Assembly: GCA_029953675.1 (NCBI GenBank)
Contig: JAMWBK010000009.1
Coordinates: 1,116,001 to 1,180,000 of the forward strand
Direction: 5' to 3'
DNA from: Rhodosorus marinus CCMP1338
Taxonomy: Eukaryota; Plantae; Rhodophyta
DNA: 64,000 nt
Shown here: piece after piece, positions 38,314 to 50,131 of the stretch
Layout: each line of letters begins with the position of its first letter
Position numbering within the stretch: position 1 is the first letter of the stretch
Made by a program: the position numbers and the translations under genes
The notes under the pieces: generated by a model
Told to the model about the DNA's origin: nothing
Databases searched by the model: none
The model's input: the letters and a program-made list of their open reading frames with translations, nothing else

Positions 38314-40939
38314 CTCCTCACCCCTTCAGATCAAAACCACTCCCCTGCACAAAACACCAACGAATCTCTCTACCAATATTCTCTCTATTCACGACTCCAT
38401 CACCCCCAGCCCCAACCCCTAGAACCCTAATCCATACTATATAAGCATTCCGCCAAATTTCATCCCGACCCCCATCGCTCCAACTCGACCATCGTAAACA
38501 GCTGGTCAAGCAGAATATCTCATGGCAACCAATTGCCATCAATTACATTGAAAATATTTCCAGTTTTCAAAATTCCCGGGATTGGCATTCTCGTTTTGCA
38601 TATGTTACCCCTTTTTTTTGCAAGAAGAGATGTAAATTTACGTTTTGTGAAGGCAAATGCCCTGCTGTTTGGGAACACGACATGGATTTTTTTGGCGTTG
38701 TCCTTCTTGCTGTTGATGAGAGGCCTCTGATCAGGTTCAAAACCTTTTGGGAGCGGTGGTTTTCTCTCTTCCAATGTCTCCCTTTGGATGATCCTTCTAA
38801 AGGGAAAGTGGGAACAGCAGAAGGGCCCTCCCCTTCTTCCCCCCCACCCCTCTTGTCTCCTTCACCATGACCACTCCCCGGGAACCGCAGGTTGTTTTTG
38901 CTTTTCAGTAAACGCGCGATGTTGTTCGAGTGCTCGAAGAGGAACGGGATGCCGGGTACACTCTATAGGTCATGTTGCGCTCTGAGAAAAATGAGATATC
39001 GCGATTTCAGAGAACGTGAAGAGAATTGAAATCTGCCTTTGCTCTTTTTAAAAACGGGATTTTTCGCCTTCGTCAACCTGTTTGGTAAATCGCTGGCCTT
39101 CCTGACGCTAACGGCCCCAAGTCTCTCGATGGGCGTCTGAAAAAGGGCTCGGCGTCCCTTCCGCGTGATATGCAATCAATTCGGTGGCAATCTCAATCAA
39201 TTTGAGATTTTGATGCTGATTATTGGACGAACGTTGAGTTCTGGACCAATAAGGAATGTGGTTTAATAAAATAAATGGATTACAATTTTTCACTCAGAAG
39301 GTTGGAAAAAAATTTTTTTTTTGGTCCCTTTGTTCATATACCCGCGGAACATGTTGGGCGAGATTTTCGGGCAGATCGAGGAATCGGTGTTTTTTGGGAG
39401 TGGTGATCTTTTGGTTGAGATTCGCTTTTGATCCGATCGTGTGAATGGGCCCTGAGAGCTAGGCTAACTGTCAGAGTGTAACACGGCTCAGCGCCCCTGC
39501 GCGATCGCTCCTTGGTTCTGTGACCTCGTAGTGCGAAGTATCTGCGAGAGGGTACCAGGGAATCTGTTGCCCGGTTACTTTTCAGCACCAGAGCACAGAT
39601 CTCTTTACGCTATCCTCGTAACAGATAAAGCGCACCTCGCGCGGTGGATCATCATCATTGCCATCAGTTGAGCAGAAAGGCTTCGCCGGCCCTGTTCGTT
39701 TGGAGGATATTGGAAATGTTGCGAACACTCCATGAGAGATGTATGGTCTCGAAGCAAGAGATAGATCTAATGGGCGCGAGCGAATGAAACGATTGGATGA
39801 TCGTTCCTGCAAAACAAGAGCACCGCGCCGTTGCTCCCGTCTTGACCGACACTGACGTTTCATCTACTTTCACCGGTTTGATCTACATCATCCAACAAGC
39901 GAGCAAACTTGCCATGCTTCTCTCATGGGATATCCAGCATCGTCCTGGGTTGTTTTTCCGAGTTTCTAATCGCGAGTCGTTTCTTGCATAGCCTACGCAG
40001 GCTAACTGCTGCTCCCAAACCCCCCGCAATCCAACCCACACATCGTCCCTCCATCACGATGAATCGAAGCAGCCCCTATAACAACGAATCTCCGCACGCT
40101 CTTCATACATACATACGGATACGACTCATGACCTTCGACCACCGCCTCAAACCCGAAGGTATCTTCCAGGATGAACCGCAAGCTCAAAACCAAACCTCAG
40201 GATAGAGACTGCTCTACACCCATCGTTGAACGCGAACGCCAAACTGGCAGAGGCAGGAAGTATCCTTTAGTGTCTGCACTCCACCACAACGCCCCGTGCC
40301 TACCGCGCTCTTCACCCAGTCCACCCGAAGCCCCCGTTGCCGATTCCCACGTTAAAATACCAATCCATACGAACGCTCGCAAATGCATCCTTTTTTTCAC
40401 TTCTTCAAAAAATCTTTTCTTAGATAAATTTCATACTCTGCAATCTATTCTGATTCCTATACCAAAAATATGACTTAAACTTCGGAATAAATATGGGTAT
40501 GGGATCATCATTGGCCATGTCCAGATCTGAGATTCAAAATATTCCAGATTAAGAAATATTATATTACAAAAACAAAATACTAAATATATATAGAATATAT
40601 ATCTATTTTAAGTATGGTAGGTCTTAAATAATGTCGATGATGGGTAGAGTAAAAAAAGGGGGTATGTGCTCTACTTTTTTGGAAATATTTAGTTGGTCAG
40701 AAGTAATATTGGTCTAATTTTTTTGAGGGAACGACGGCGGCGTGGCTTCAACGCAAAACCTTTGAGGAGGGTGTGAAAATTTTCTTCCGACAGGGTGTTA
40801 GGAGAGGGATTGGTAGTTTCGTTTTCGGGAGGGCTTGAAGGGGAAGGGTGGCAGTGGTGTAAGGAATTTTGAGTGTGGTGGCCGGTGCATATTTGTGGTG
40901 TTTGGTTAGGGGGGAAGTTGTAAAAATTAGGAAGGGGAC

Positions 40940-41566
40940 ATGAAGAGGTCAAGTACGGTTTCGTCGTCTCGCCGTAAGAGCAGGAAGGCGCATTTTACTG
41001 CGCCTTCAAGCGTGAGGCGGAAGATCATGAGCGCGGGGCTCTCCTCGGAGCTGCGGAGCAAGTATAACGTAGGTTTGAAGAAGGGTTTCTGGTGGTTATT
41101 GTTCGATTTGTTGTGAGTTCGTAGTGGATTGGTTAGCGCTGACACGCGTTATTCCTTCGTGTTCTGTTTGTATAGTGCCGCTCCCTGCCGATTAGAAAGG
41201 ACGATGAGGTTATGATCGTCAGAGGTCTCTACAAGAATAGAGAGGGGAAGGTTATCACGTGCTACAGAAAGAAATACTGTATCTATGTTGACAACGTTGT
41301 TAGGGAGAAGGCAACTAGTAAGTTGATGAGCTTCGTGTGACCATGAAATGGAGGCGAGGATTGAATTCAAGCGTGTTCTAACCCTTGCTTCTGCATTGCG
41401 TTTTTCAGGTGCGAAAGTGAATGTTCCTATCCATCCTTCAAACTGTGTTATTATGAAGCTGAAGCTTGACAAGGACAGAAAAGCACTGCTTGAGCGAAAG
41501 GATAGATCCAAGGAAATCAAGGGCAAGTTCACAGAAGAGGAGGTTGCCATGGCCGACGTGGATTAG
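40940..41566 (+). CDS. RPL26: 60S ribosomal protein L26 (uL24), 3 exons
   Basis: [35 protein letters not shown] and [18 protein letters not shown]. Introns 41069-41175 and 41318-41408. Confidence 0.97.
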
Positions 41567-42433
41567 AGCGGTTATATTTTCTATCAATAAACAATCTTAA
41601 CAAGAACAATGAGGGTGTGCCCAGGTGTGCAAACTGATTGAGAACGAATCATCAAGTGATTTGCTAGCGTTTGTCGCCACGGCGTAGGAAAACCAACTTA
41701 TACCAGAAACTGCCTACCCAGCAACCTCCCATAGTAGTCGAAAGGGATGTTGCCTAATCTTCACTCAACCACGGAGTTCCCCTTGGCCAGACTCATACTT
41801 GCTCCCGAACTCGAATACTCGCCTCGTTTTGCTGTCGACAAAATGACGAGGAACAGCAGCAACCAGTGCCTGAAACAATTGGCATAGTATAGCGCAGCTT
41901 ACGGCGAGCTGTGCGGGTACCCAGGCATCTCCGCTCCGCCATTGATCAGGTCATGTGAGTCCACTTTACTGAACTATGAAACGGGTGAGCTACCCAAAAC
42001 TTCTCTACGCGAGACCCGAAAGCTCTTCGCCGAGCACGCACTGTACCTAAGCCCACGAAAGCGCGCTTTGTAAGGTACAGAGACTTCACCAAACCTCCTT
42101 TGAGCATGAAGGTAGAACGTCGTCAGAGTTTCATTTTTGAAAGTCGAAGCTAACTCTCTGGGCACCGACACAATGCCCCTAAAGCAGACAGCACTTGCTT
42201 CGTTGGAAGCCTTTAGAACATAAGCCTGCACCAAGTAAGTTTCGTGGAGCTGCTTGAAAGAGAGGCCTAGCTGACACAGCGGAGAGAATTGGAGGCTAGT
42301 CCTGGACGCCGTGGTCTCGGAGAAGATTGCCGGTGAGAAGGGCAATTGTGGGTGAGGTGCTTGTTTTAGTGTTCTAGGTTTTTTTGTGCTGTCTCAGCAG
42401 TTGAGTTTTGTAAGTAGGAGGTGCGAAGAAGAT

Positions 42434-43994
42434 ATGGTCTTCACCTGCTCAAGCCCTGGATGTGAGAAGGGGGCCAAGCTGAGGTGTCCGACGTGTGTCA
42501 AGTTGTCACTACCGGATGACGGCTCGTATTTCTGTTCTCAGGACTGCTTTAAGAAGTCATGGAAGCTGCACAAATTGCACCATGTGCTGAGTCTGGGGAA
42601 GAACTCTGGTAAACTGCTGGATGATCGTGAGAAACAGAAACTCGCCTTCGCGAACTTTCCTTACACTGGCAAACTACGGGCTGATTACGTGTCGCCCATG
42701 AGCAAGGTACCCGAGCATATTCAGAAGCCAGACTACTACGAGACGGGTATACCGATATCAGAAGAGAGGTCCAAAAGGTAAGAGCAAGTTGCATGTCTTG
42801 GATATGCGCCAACCAGAGAGAGCATTGGTTCTGGGAACGAGAAAGAACTGTCTCAAGCTTTGCTTGTTTGCTTTTGTTAAATGCTCGTCTTCACATTCGT
42901 CACACACAGGGCTAGAGTCATAGTGCAACTTGACGAGGATGAGATAGCGGGTATGAGGAAAGTCTGCAGACTAGCCCGTGAAGTACTTGATATTGCGGGG
43001 CATATGGTCAAGCCTGGGATCACAACTGATGAAATCGACCAGGCAGTGCACAGGGCATGCTTGGAGAGGGATTCGTACCCTAGTCCATTGAATTACTATA
43101 ACTTCCCGAAAAGCGTGTGTACTTCAGTGAACGAGGTCAGGCGTTTTGAGTTTTCGACTTCTCCATGCAAGGGCATCTTCTTGCTCACTGACCGCTTCCG
43201 GCGCTGTCATACACCAATACTTTCTTAGGTTATTTGTCACGGAATCCCAGACGCTAGACCTCTTCAAGACGGTGACATTTTAAATATCGACATCACCTTG
43301 TATCATGGCGGTTTTCACGGAGACCTGAATGAGATGTACGTTGTCGGGAATGTTGACGAAGCTGGGAAGAAGTTGATCAAATCTAGCTATGATGCACTAT
43401 TTGCTGCGATTGAGATGGGTATGAATAGATTTCTTCGAACAGGCCTCTGCTTTCTTCTTTCTGAATGGTCTCCTGACGCAATGCCTGGATTACGCTCAAT
43501 GATATACAGCGAAGCCAGGGACCCTATTTCGCGAGTTTGGAGGGAGAATTGAAAAGGTTGCAAAATCAAACGGACATTCGGTCGTTCGTACGTACTGTGG
43601 ACACGGGATCAATCAATTGTTCCACACCGCCCCAAATGTTCCTCATTATCGCAGGAACAAAGCCGTAGGAATATGTAAACCAGGACAAACATTTACAATA
43701 GAGCCGATGCTCGGCGAAGGTAAGGAGGATGTTCAGCTCCCCCTTTTATTTCAGAGTTCCCTGTTGGTGTGCTTACAGCGACGAACGTCGAAACGACAAG
43801 TCTAATAGCGAATCTCTTCGTGCGCATTTACAGGAACTGGCCGTGACGTAACCTGGCCGGACAACTGGACGGCGGTGACCGAGGACGGAAAGCGGTCTGC
43901 ACAATTTGAACATACCTTGCTAATCACTAAGAGCGGTTGTGAAATACTAACTGCGCGACTCGAGACCTCACCGAAATTCTTCTGGGAGGATTGA
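42434..43994 (+). CDS. METAP1: Methionine aminopeptidase 1 (cytosolic type with N-terminal C6H2 zinc finger), multi-exon
   Basis: CSSPGC...CPTC...[58 protein letters not shown] and SAQFEHT. Confidence 0.96.
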
Positions 43995-45136
43995 CCAAAT
44001 GGTTAATAAGCCCACACGTAAAGACCCATGATTTTCTCCCCAATTGCAAGTGATCGAGGTTCACCGTGAACAACCAGAAAATCTTATAGGCAGACAGCCT
44101 GCGCCAAGTGATGATTTGGCTGGAACTGGGCATGATGAGTCCGCAACTTGCGAAAGGGTGGACTGAGCTCTTGGGAACTAATTAGGACAATAGGAAACAA
44201 CTAATGCGCAATTTTTATTACCATCAGCTCTTCCCTCCACTAACAAATCGGCTTGGGCACCATCGCGACTTGATATTGTTCAAATTTTGGAGGGGGGGAG
44301 AGGGGGGAAAAAAAACTGTAACCATTCTCTGACATGTCAGTACAGACGCCAGATTGTATTCTTTCCAGCCAATCCATGGGAGAACAGACAGTCTCACCAC
44401 TACTCGGCAACCTAGGCAGCACTCCACCAGAGCAGAACGGGTCCAACCACCAACCCTGAAAAAGACACTCGTCTCACCTTCATTGGTATTGAGAGTGCCA
44501 ATGGGTCTTATAATTTTCTAACGCACTCCCATTGGTCAAAACGAAAAGGTCATTTTCAAATAAAAACATATATCAATCATTTATAATTTTTGGATTGAAC
44601 TGATGATTTATGGGGAAAATTGTTGGGTTGGAAAATTGGCGCGAATGAAGAAGGGGAAGGGATGACCGGGGTCGCATCGGTTTTAGGGGGAGGAGGGAGG
44701 TGGCAGCACGGTCGTCTGTGTGTGTGTGTATGCGGAACTAGGAATGAACTGAGCTGAGCACCTTTTCAGTCTTGTTGATGCTGAGAACGATTTTCGAAAT
44801 AATTTCTGTAGGTTTAGCCTCTGTGGTTTGGATTGGTGTGTGTGTTGTTGCTTGTGTTCGTGTTTTTTTTTCTGTCCCGGGGCTGATCTATGATTTATCT
44901 GGACGGTCTGCCGATCTTGTGGGCTGCGGGGGGTTTATAGCTGGGGATTTTTGAGGGGCTACAGGTGAGGCAGTGGGTGGACCCAGTGGGTGTGCGAGGT
45001 TCTGTTGAGCGGTTGTGGACCATACTTGGATGATCGTATTTGGTAGTGTGTTGTAGAGTTTTGCTTGGTTTGGCACGGATAAAGAGCTGTTGATTCTAGT
45101 TTCCTGCAGGTCCTTCCTCTGGTTGTCGTAAGAGAG

Positions 45137-46128
45137 ATGGTGAAAAAGGCGAAAGATGAGGACGTTGTAAACGAGTTTCTCTCCGCGGTACTGTGTCCTG
45201 ATCCCTCTAGGGGTTTCCTCGCCGCTAATTAGACATTATTGCTCAAAAAAGTTGCTTTTCTCCGATCGCTCTTCCCTCCGTAGCAAAATCGCCCGTTCAG
45301 CCTTCAACAGATTGTTGATGGGCTACAGAGCAAGGGATTGAAAAAGACCGCCTGTGAACGTGCTCTGAACGTACTTGTGGAGAACGGCAACGTAACCTTG
45401 AAAGAGTTTGGGAAGGCCAAGATATTCTTGTGCAGACAAGATTCGATTGAAATTCCCGACGAGCAAGAAATGATGCAGATGGACGCGGATATCACGGAGA
45501 AGGCTGAAGAATTGAAGCAGTTGACGAGCAAAAGACAGGAACTCGAAAAGCAGATATCAGCGTTGAACACGGCGATTTCGTTATCGGATGCGATTTCAAA
45601 GTGTGACCAGCTGAATGAGGAAATTGCGGCCTCAAGGAAAAAACTCGACGGCATGGGGCCGGAATCTGAGCAGGTCACAGAGGAAGAAAAAAAAAGCGTT
45701 GAAGACCAATACAAGAAGATGCGGGTATGGCATGTCCCCTAACCCGATCCCAGCTTCACAGGACGAACACTTCGTGCTCAGCCTTTACCTTCCTGCCTTT
45801 TGCTGCAATAACAAGCAGAAAGAATGGACAAGCCGGAAGAGGACTGCTAAGGATATCCTCGATGGAATTTCTGAAGGAAGCGGGAAGAAACCGAAGGAGC
45901 TCGTGGAAGAGATCGGACTCGAAACGGATGAGGAACAGGTTTGACGAGCGAAGAAAGTAAAATGCCTGTTTTCGGTTTCCCGAGTGGTGAGAGTTCGAGC
46001 AAAGCTCACTCAAAGTTTCTGCTTCTAAAACGTGCTACCAGGACTCCGCACTCTCGCAACTTCCAGTTATCGATGAGCCGAACAGACGAAATGGCAGAAA
46101 CCGCCATACCAAGCATGGCAAGGACTAA
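45137..46128 (+). CDS. HOP2: HOP2/TBPIP homologous-pairing protein, about 4 exons (last exon less certain)
   Basis: FLSA|QNRPFSLQQIVDGL winged-helix start, KEFGKAKIF, coiled coil, and EWTSRKR..KDILDGISEG..KK.KEL.EEIGLETDE. Confidence 0.88.
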
Positions 46129-46335
46129 CTGACTACTCGACTCGAGACAAGAAACCTCCTCATGAGGCTAGGCACAGAACGAAAAAAAATGTGCACATTA
46201 TCAAACTTTTATAAGAACAACACATCGAACTGACCACTCACGACCAAAAAACAAAAAGCGATGGAATAAGGCCACAAGCTCAACCCGTATTTCTTGCCGC
46301 AATATCCTTGTCGGAGTAGTTGATACATAAATATT

Positions 46336-48750
46336 TTACATCTCAGCTTTCAGCTTCTCGTTGCCCACCTCAGAGGACCCTATCACCGGATCCGCCCCGG
46401 ACTCTTCCCACTTCCTCTTTCTCAAGCCCGCCTCATCCGCAGCCTCTCGCTGCCCTCTGGTGTCCGCAACATTTTCAGCAGTGGCAACTTTTGTAGTTGT
46501 TTCCGAGGCAGGGCCGGGAAGGCTTCGCTTGCTCTTCCCAATGTCGTACCATTTGAGATATTTCTCGTAGCTCTTGCGCACAGCCTTGCGATAGGAATCT
46601 AGATCGAGCGAGGCAAACTCGGAGCGCAAGGGGAAAGCCTTGTGCTGAAGCTCAGACGCTCGGTGAAAGGTCTCCGCAGTCTCCTCAAGGAAGCTCGGCA
46701 AAACGGAAAACACGCCGTTTCTTCCTCGAGCGGTTTCAGCCTTCTTTGTGGTGGTTCCCCTCTCCGGATGAACGACGAGGTGAGTTATTTGAGGGTTCAA
46801 CTCCATATAGCACTTGGCACCATGCCGCTCAGCCAAAATCCACTGTTCAGTGGATTGCACTACCTCGACCTGTGAGGATGGAGGAAAAATGCCAGTGAAG
46901 GCGAAATGGCACCCTTTCAAGACTTGTAAGCGGACATGGGTAACAATGTGTTTGACGTCAGCCGGCGCCTTCCAGTCGGCTCCGTACGCAACGGGTGCGG
47001 TAGAGTTTGTGGCTGCGAAGTATCGATCATGGATGTCCTCCAGAACTGTAGCGAGCTGTTGCAGGTGGAATCCCTCGTTCCTGTCCGCATTCCACCACTT
47101 CTCTACAAGTTTTATCACATTTGGGTCGATTTCTGTAGTGCGCATGGTCGGACGAAGAGGCGAAGCGCAGTTCTCTTTTGAGTCATGATGAGCAGAATCT
47201 ATGAGAAACTCAGTTCCACTTGGCCGTGAACGATTACCTTCCTTTCCTGACTGAGCAATATCCTGCTCGTTCACAAGCTCTTCGAGGTTGATATCAAGCG
47301 CCTCTGGAGTTTTCTTCTCCGCGGTTGAAGCCTTCGCAGGTTCGGATGCCTCAGGGCAGCTCTTCGTGTCCTCGTGTATGCCTGTCGCCACGTTGAAAGT
47401 TTTCTATTTAGCACGTTTAAGCGCATTTCCTATAGTGTGATGAGCACAGCTAATTGCTCAAGGGAGTCGGCTTCTTCCCATACCTTTTCCAGGAAGCTCA
47501 GAGGGAGAATTCTCCAGATTATGATTCTCCTTTGTACTTGTGGAGTCGTTAGCAGCTTTGGAGGGCACTGGTTTCTCCTCACTGGGAATCGCCTTCTTTT
47601 TCGCCATGCTACCTCCGCCAGTCTCGATTGGCGCTTTTGACGTCCTGTCATAGGCCTCATGCAGGCCTTTGAAGAAATGATACGGCCTGGCCTTGATGAG
47701 ATTTGGCATTCTGCTGGAGCGATCTTCCAACCAGACATCCTCACGATCGTCAACTATCAAAACCATTGTATCGTCGCATGGGAAGACCCTGCGCAGATTC
47801 TTCTGGTTCAAACTGCCCTCTTCAAAATCATCTCTGCTAGTCAGGCGCTCTCCAAACAGGGTCCTCTCCGGGTCAATAATCGCTGCAATCGAATCCGCGT
47901 AAGGCCGGGTACCCATGGTATATATATGCAGCTCAAACTTCTTCTTCATTCGCCTCAGAAAATTGCCGAGACCAGGTCTGAGCTTGACGAAGAAAGACTT
48001 TCCGTCGAGAACGAGCTGGTGGATCCCACTGTGATAGGCCGGAGATAGCATGGGTGTTCCAGGAGTTTTTGGGCTCTGATCGTCCATTATCAGAGCTGCC
48101 TTCGCCCTCGGGTCATCAGTGGCGTGTAGAAGTGTATGGTCTAAATCCAGCACAAGCGAGAGCAATCTTCTGTCTAGCAAATGCCTCGCCTTATCAGTTT
48201 CAGTCCTTCTCGCTTCGTCACGGGATACTACTAGACCAGATTCGTACGCCACATTTACCCTCTGTGCTGAGGGAACGTCCTAATGCCGGCAAACGACACA
48301 AAGTGGTGCAAGTTAGGTACTCGGACAAAAAAGTCAACTCATGTACAGTTGTCTCTACCGGTAAGGGACACGAGTCAGGAGGATACCCTCCATGACGGAA
48401 GATTGCATGTCGTTAAAAGGAAAGAGACGCACCTGTGAGAAATGGACCATGGACAGATCCCTACCGCAGATCGTACAAAGTCCTCCAAATATAACTGCAT
48501 GCGTACAAAACTCTATGCTACAAATGGGTATGTTCTCCTTCACTTCCTCGCCAATTTTTACACCCACACCCACCATCGTTCCACTCCTCGGCGCGAGCAC
48601 ATCGAGCTTGGACGCGTTTGCCTTCTCAACAGTCGCTATTCTCATCCCTTCATCAACATCCTCACCTTCTCGAACCATCCACTTCACGAGTTTCGCACCA
48701 CTTCCGTTTGAAAAAGATGACTTGGGCGCTCTCACCTCAAGCCTCTCCAT
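46336..48750 (-). CDS. FCP1: RNA polymerase II CTD phosphatase FCP1 (lipoyl-like N-domain, FCPH, BRCT), 3 exons
   Basis: CTHAVIFGGLCTICG, LVLDLDHTLLHAT, VKLRPG, IYTMGTRPYA, IVDDREDVW, and BRCT VLKGCHFAFTG...ITHLV. Confidence 0.93.
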
Positions 48751-49121
48751 CTTCTTCCTCCTTCACGAGAAGGAAAAAAAAAAAAAACACCAACGAGGAG
48801 CTATCAAAAAGTCTACAAAAAAAAGTCCAAACGAGAAATAGCAGCAAACAATAAGGAGCGCTGATCTTCACTCCCAAATCAGACAGCCAAAAACGGAAGC
48901 CTCTCTCGCTGTTTGCAAACAGACCTCATCCGTTCCCCCCTCCTCTTCCCAATTCAAAGCCAGACCGTTTCTCCATTTCCCGTCATTTTGCTCAGATACT
49001 ACTTTCCCTTAAACAACCAGAATCCAATACGTTTTATTCCAAATATTACAAATAAACTATCTTTGTTAAACCAGATTCGGGTCTACAAACTAGAATCTGA
49101 CAATCTAAACCCGAATCTGAT

Positions 49122-50131
49122 TTAGAAACTGGAAACTTTTGGGGGAGGGGGGGTCCAGAAGTTGAAGCTCACCGCTGGTGACTGAGCTTTCCAGTTGCTA
49201 GCGCGTTGAGTCCCAGAGAGTGCTCGTGCTTCAATGTTTCGAGAATGCTCCAGTTTTCGACGCACCACCAAACCGACCCCAACAGCATCGTCCACTATTT
49301 GAGTTCTCGGAGCGTCGGGGATTGGATGAAACCCTGGGCGACTGGACAGTGACGGAAAAATATCGCTCTCTGCTTCCGCTTTTGATCGAGAGGGGTCCAG
49401 CGTCCTTTTAATATACCATCCGTACCGCGTCACTCACTTTGCTCTTCCGACGTGGTCTTGTTCATGACCCCTCCGGATGCATTGCCAGGCTCGCGATGAA
49501 GTTTCATAGGCACTGATGCTCTACAGGAAAGGACGGAGTGGGTGTGTGATACTCAAGAGTGAATACGAATAAAATAAAAAACCTGTGGCTTGAAGATATC
49601 GACTTACAAAATTGTCCAGAGCCAGGACAGTTCGACTATCGAGCTGGTCTTCTTCCCACCGTGTGAGACCTAACCACCTCGGCATTGCGGCCCAGCTCCT
49701 AGTCTTCCTCATCCGAGAGCGGACGCCAGCTTCTGACGGTATCACAATGGAACGCTAGACTTTGAGGGACTACATCTATTCGTCACCCGTCGTTTGAGCT
49801 TCCCAGCCATTGAATCGAGATCTAAGACTTGCCAAAGCTAAAATTTCAATCTCCATACTTTTTTCCTAGTCAAAAGTGCTGCGAGTGGGCGAACATGCTT
49901 TGAGTTTTCGGAGTTGCTCCAGATTCTACATAGTACGCGACCATCGCATGTGCGTAATTCAAACTTGAGTTGTTGGATTTCGCTTAAAATCCTCCGACAA
50001 GGCAATGAGACAGAAAAAGTACGAGATATCTGTGACACCGACAAACTTTTAGGCCCAGTCTCTCTGCTTGGCTTCAGCTGACTTCCTCGCCAGGTTGTGG
50101 TGTGTCCAAAGGATGTTTCTGTTGTTTCCAC
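49122..50131 (-). CDS. Possible multi-exon hypothetical gene
   Basis: Three protein-like minus-strand ORFs with GTATGG/GTGAGT-like donors between them. No consistent model or recognisable domain. Confidence 0.2.

Noticed and set aside
41318-41408. Box C/D snoRNA in RPL26 intron 2
   Set aside because: A TGATGA box C-like motif is present, but there is no CTGA box D or terminal stem.
41800-42345. Small gene divergent from METAP1
   Set aside because: The 123-aa ORF has no ATG, and alternative spliced models were inconsistent and unrecognisable.
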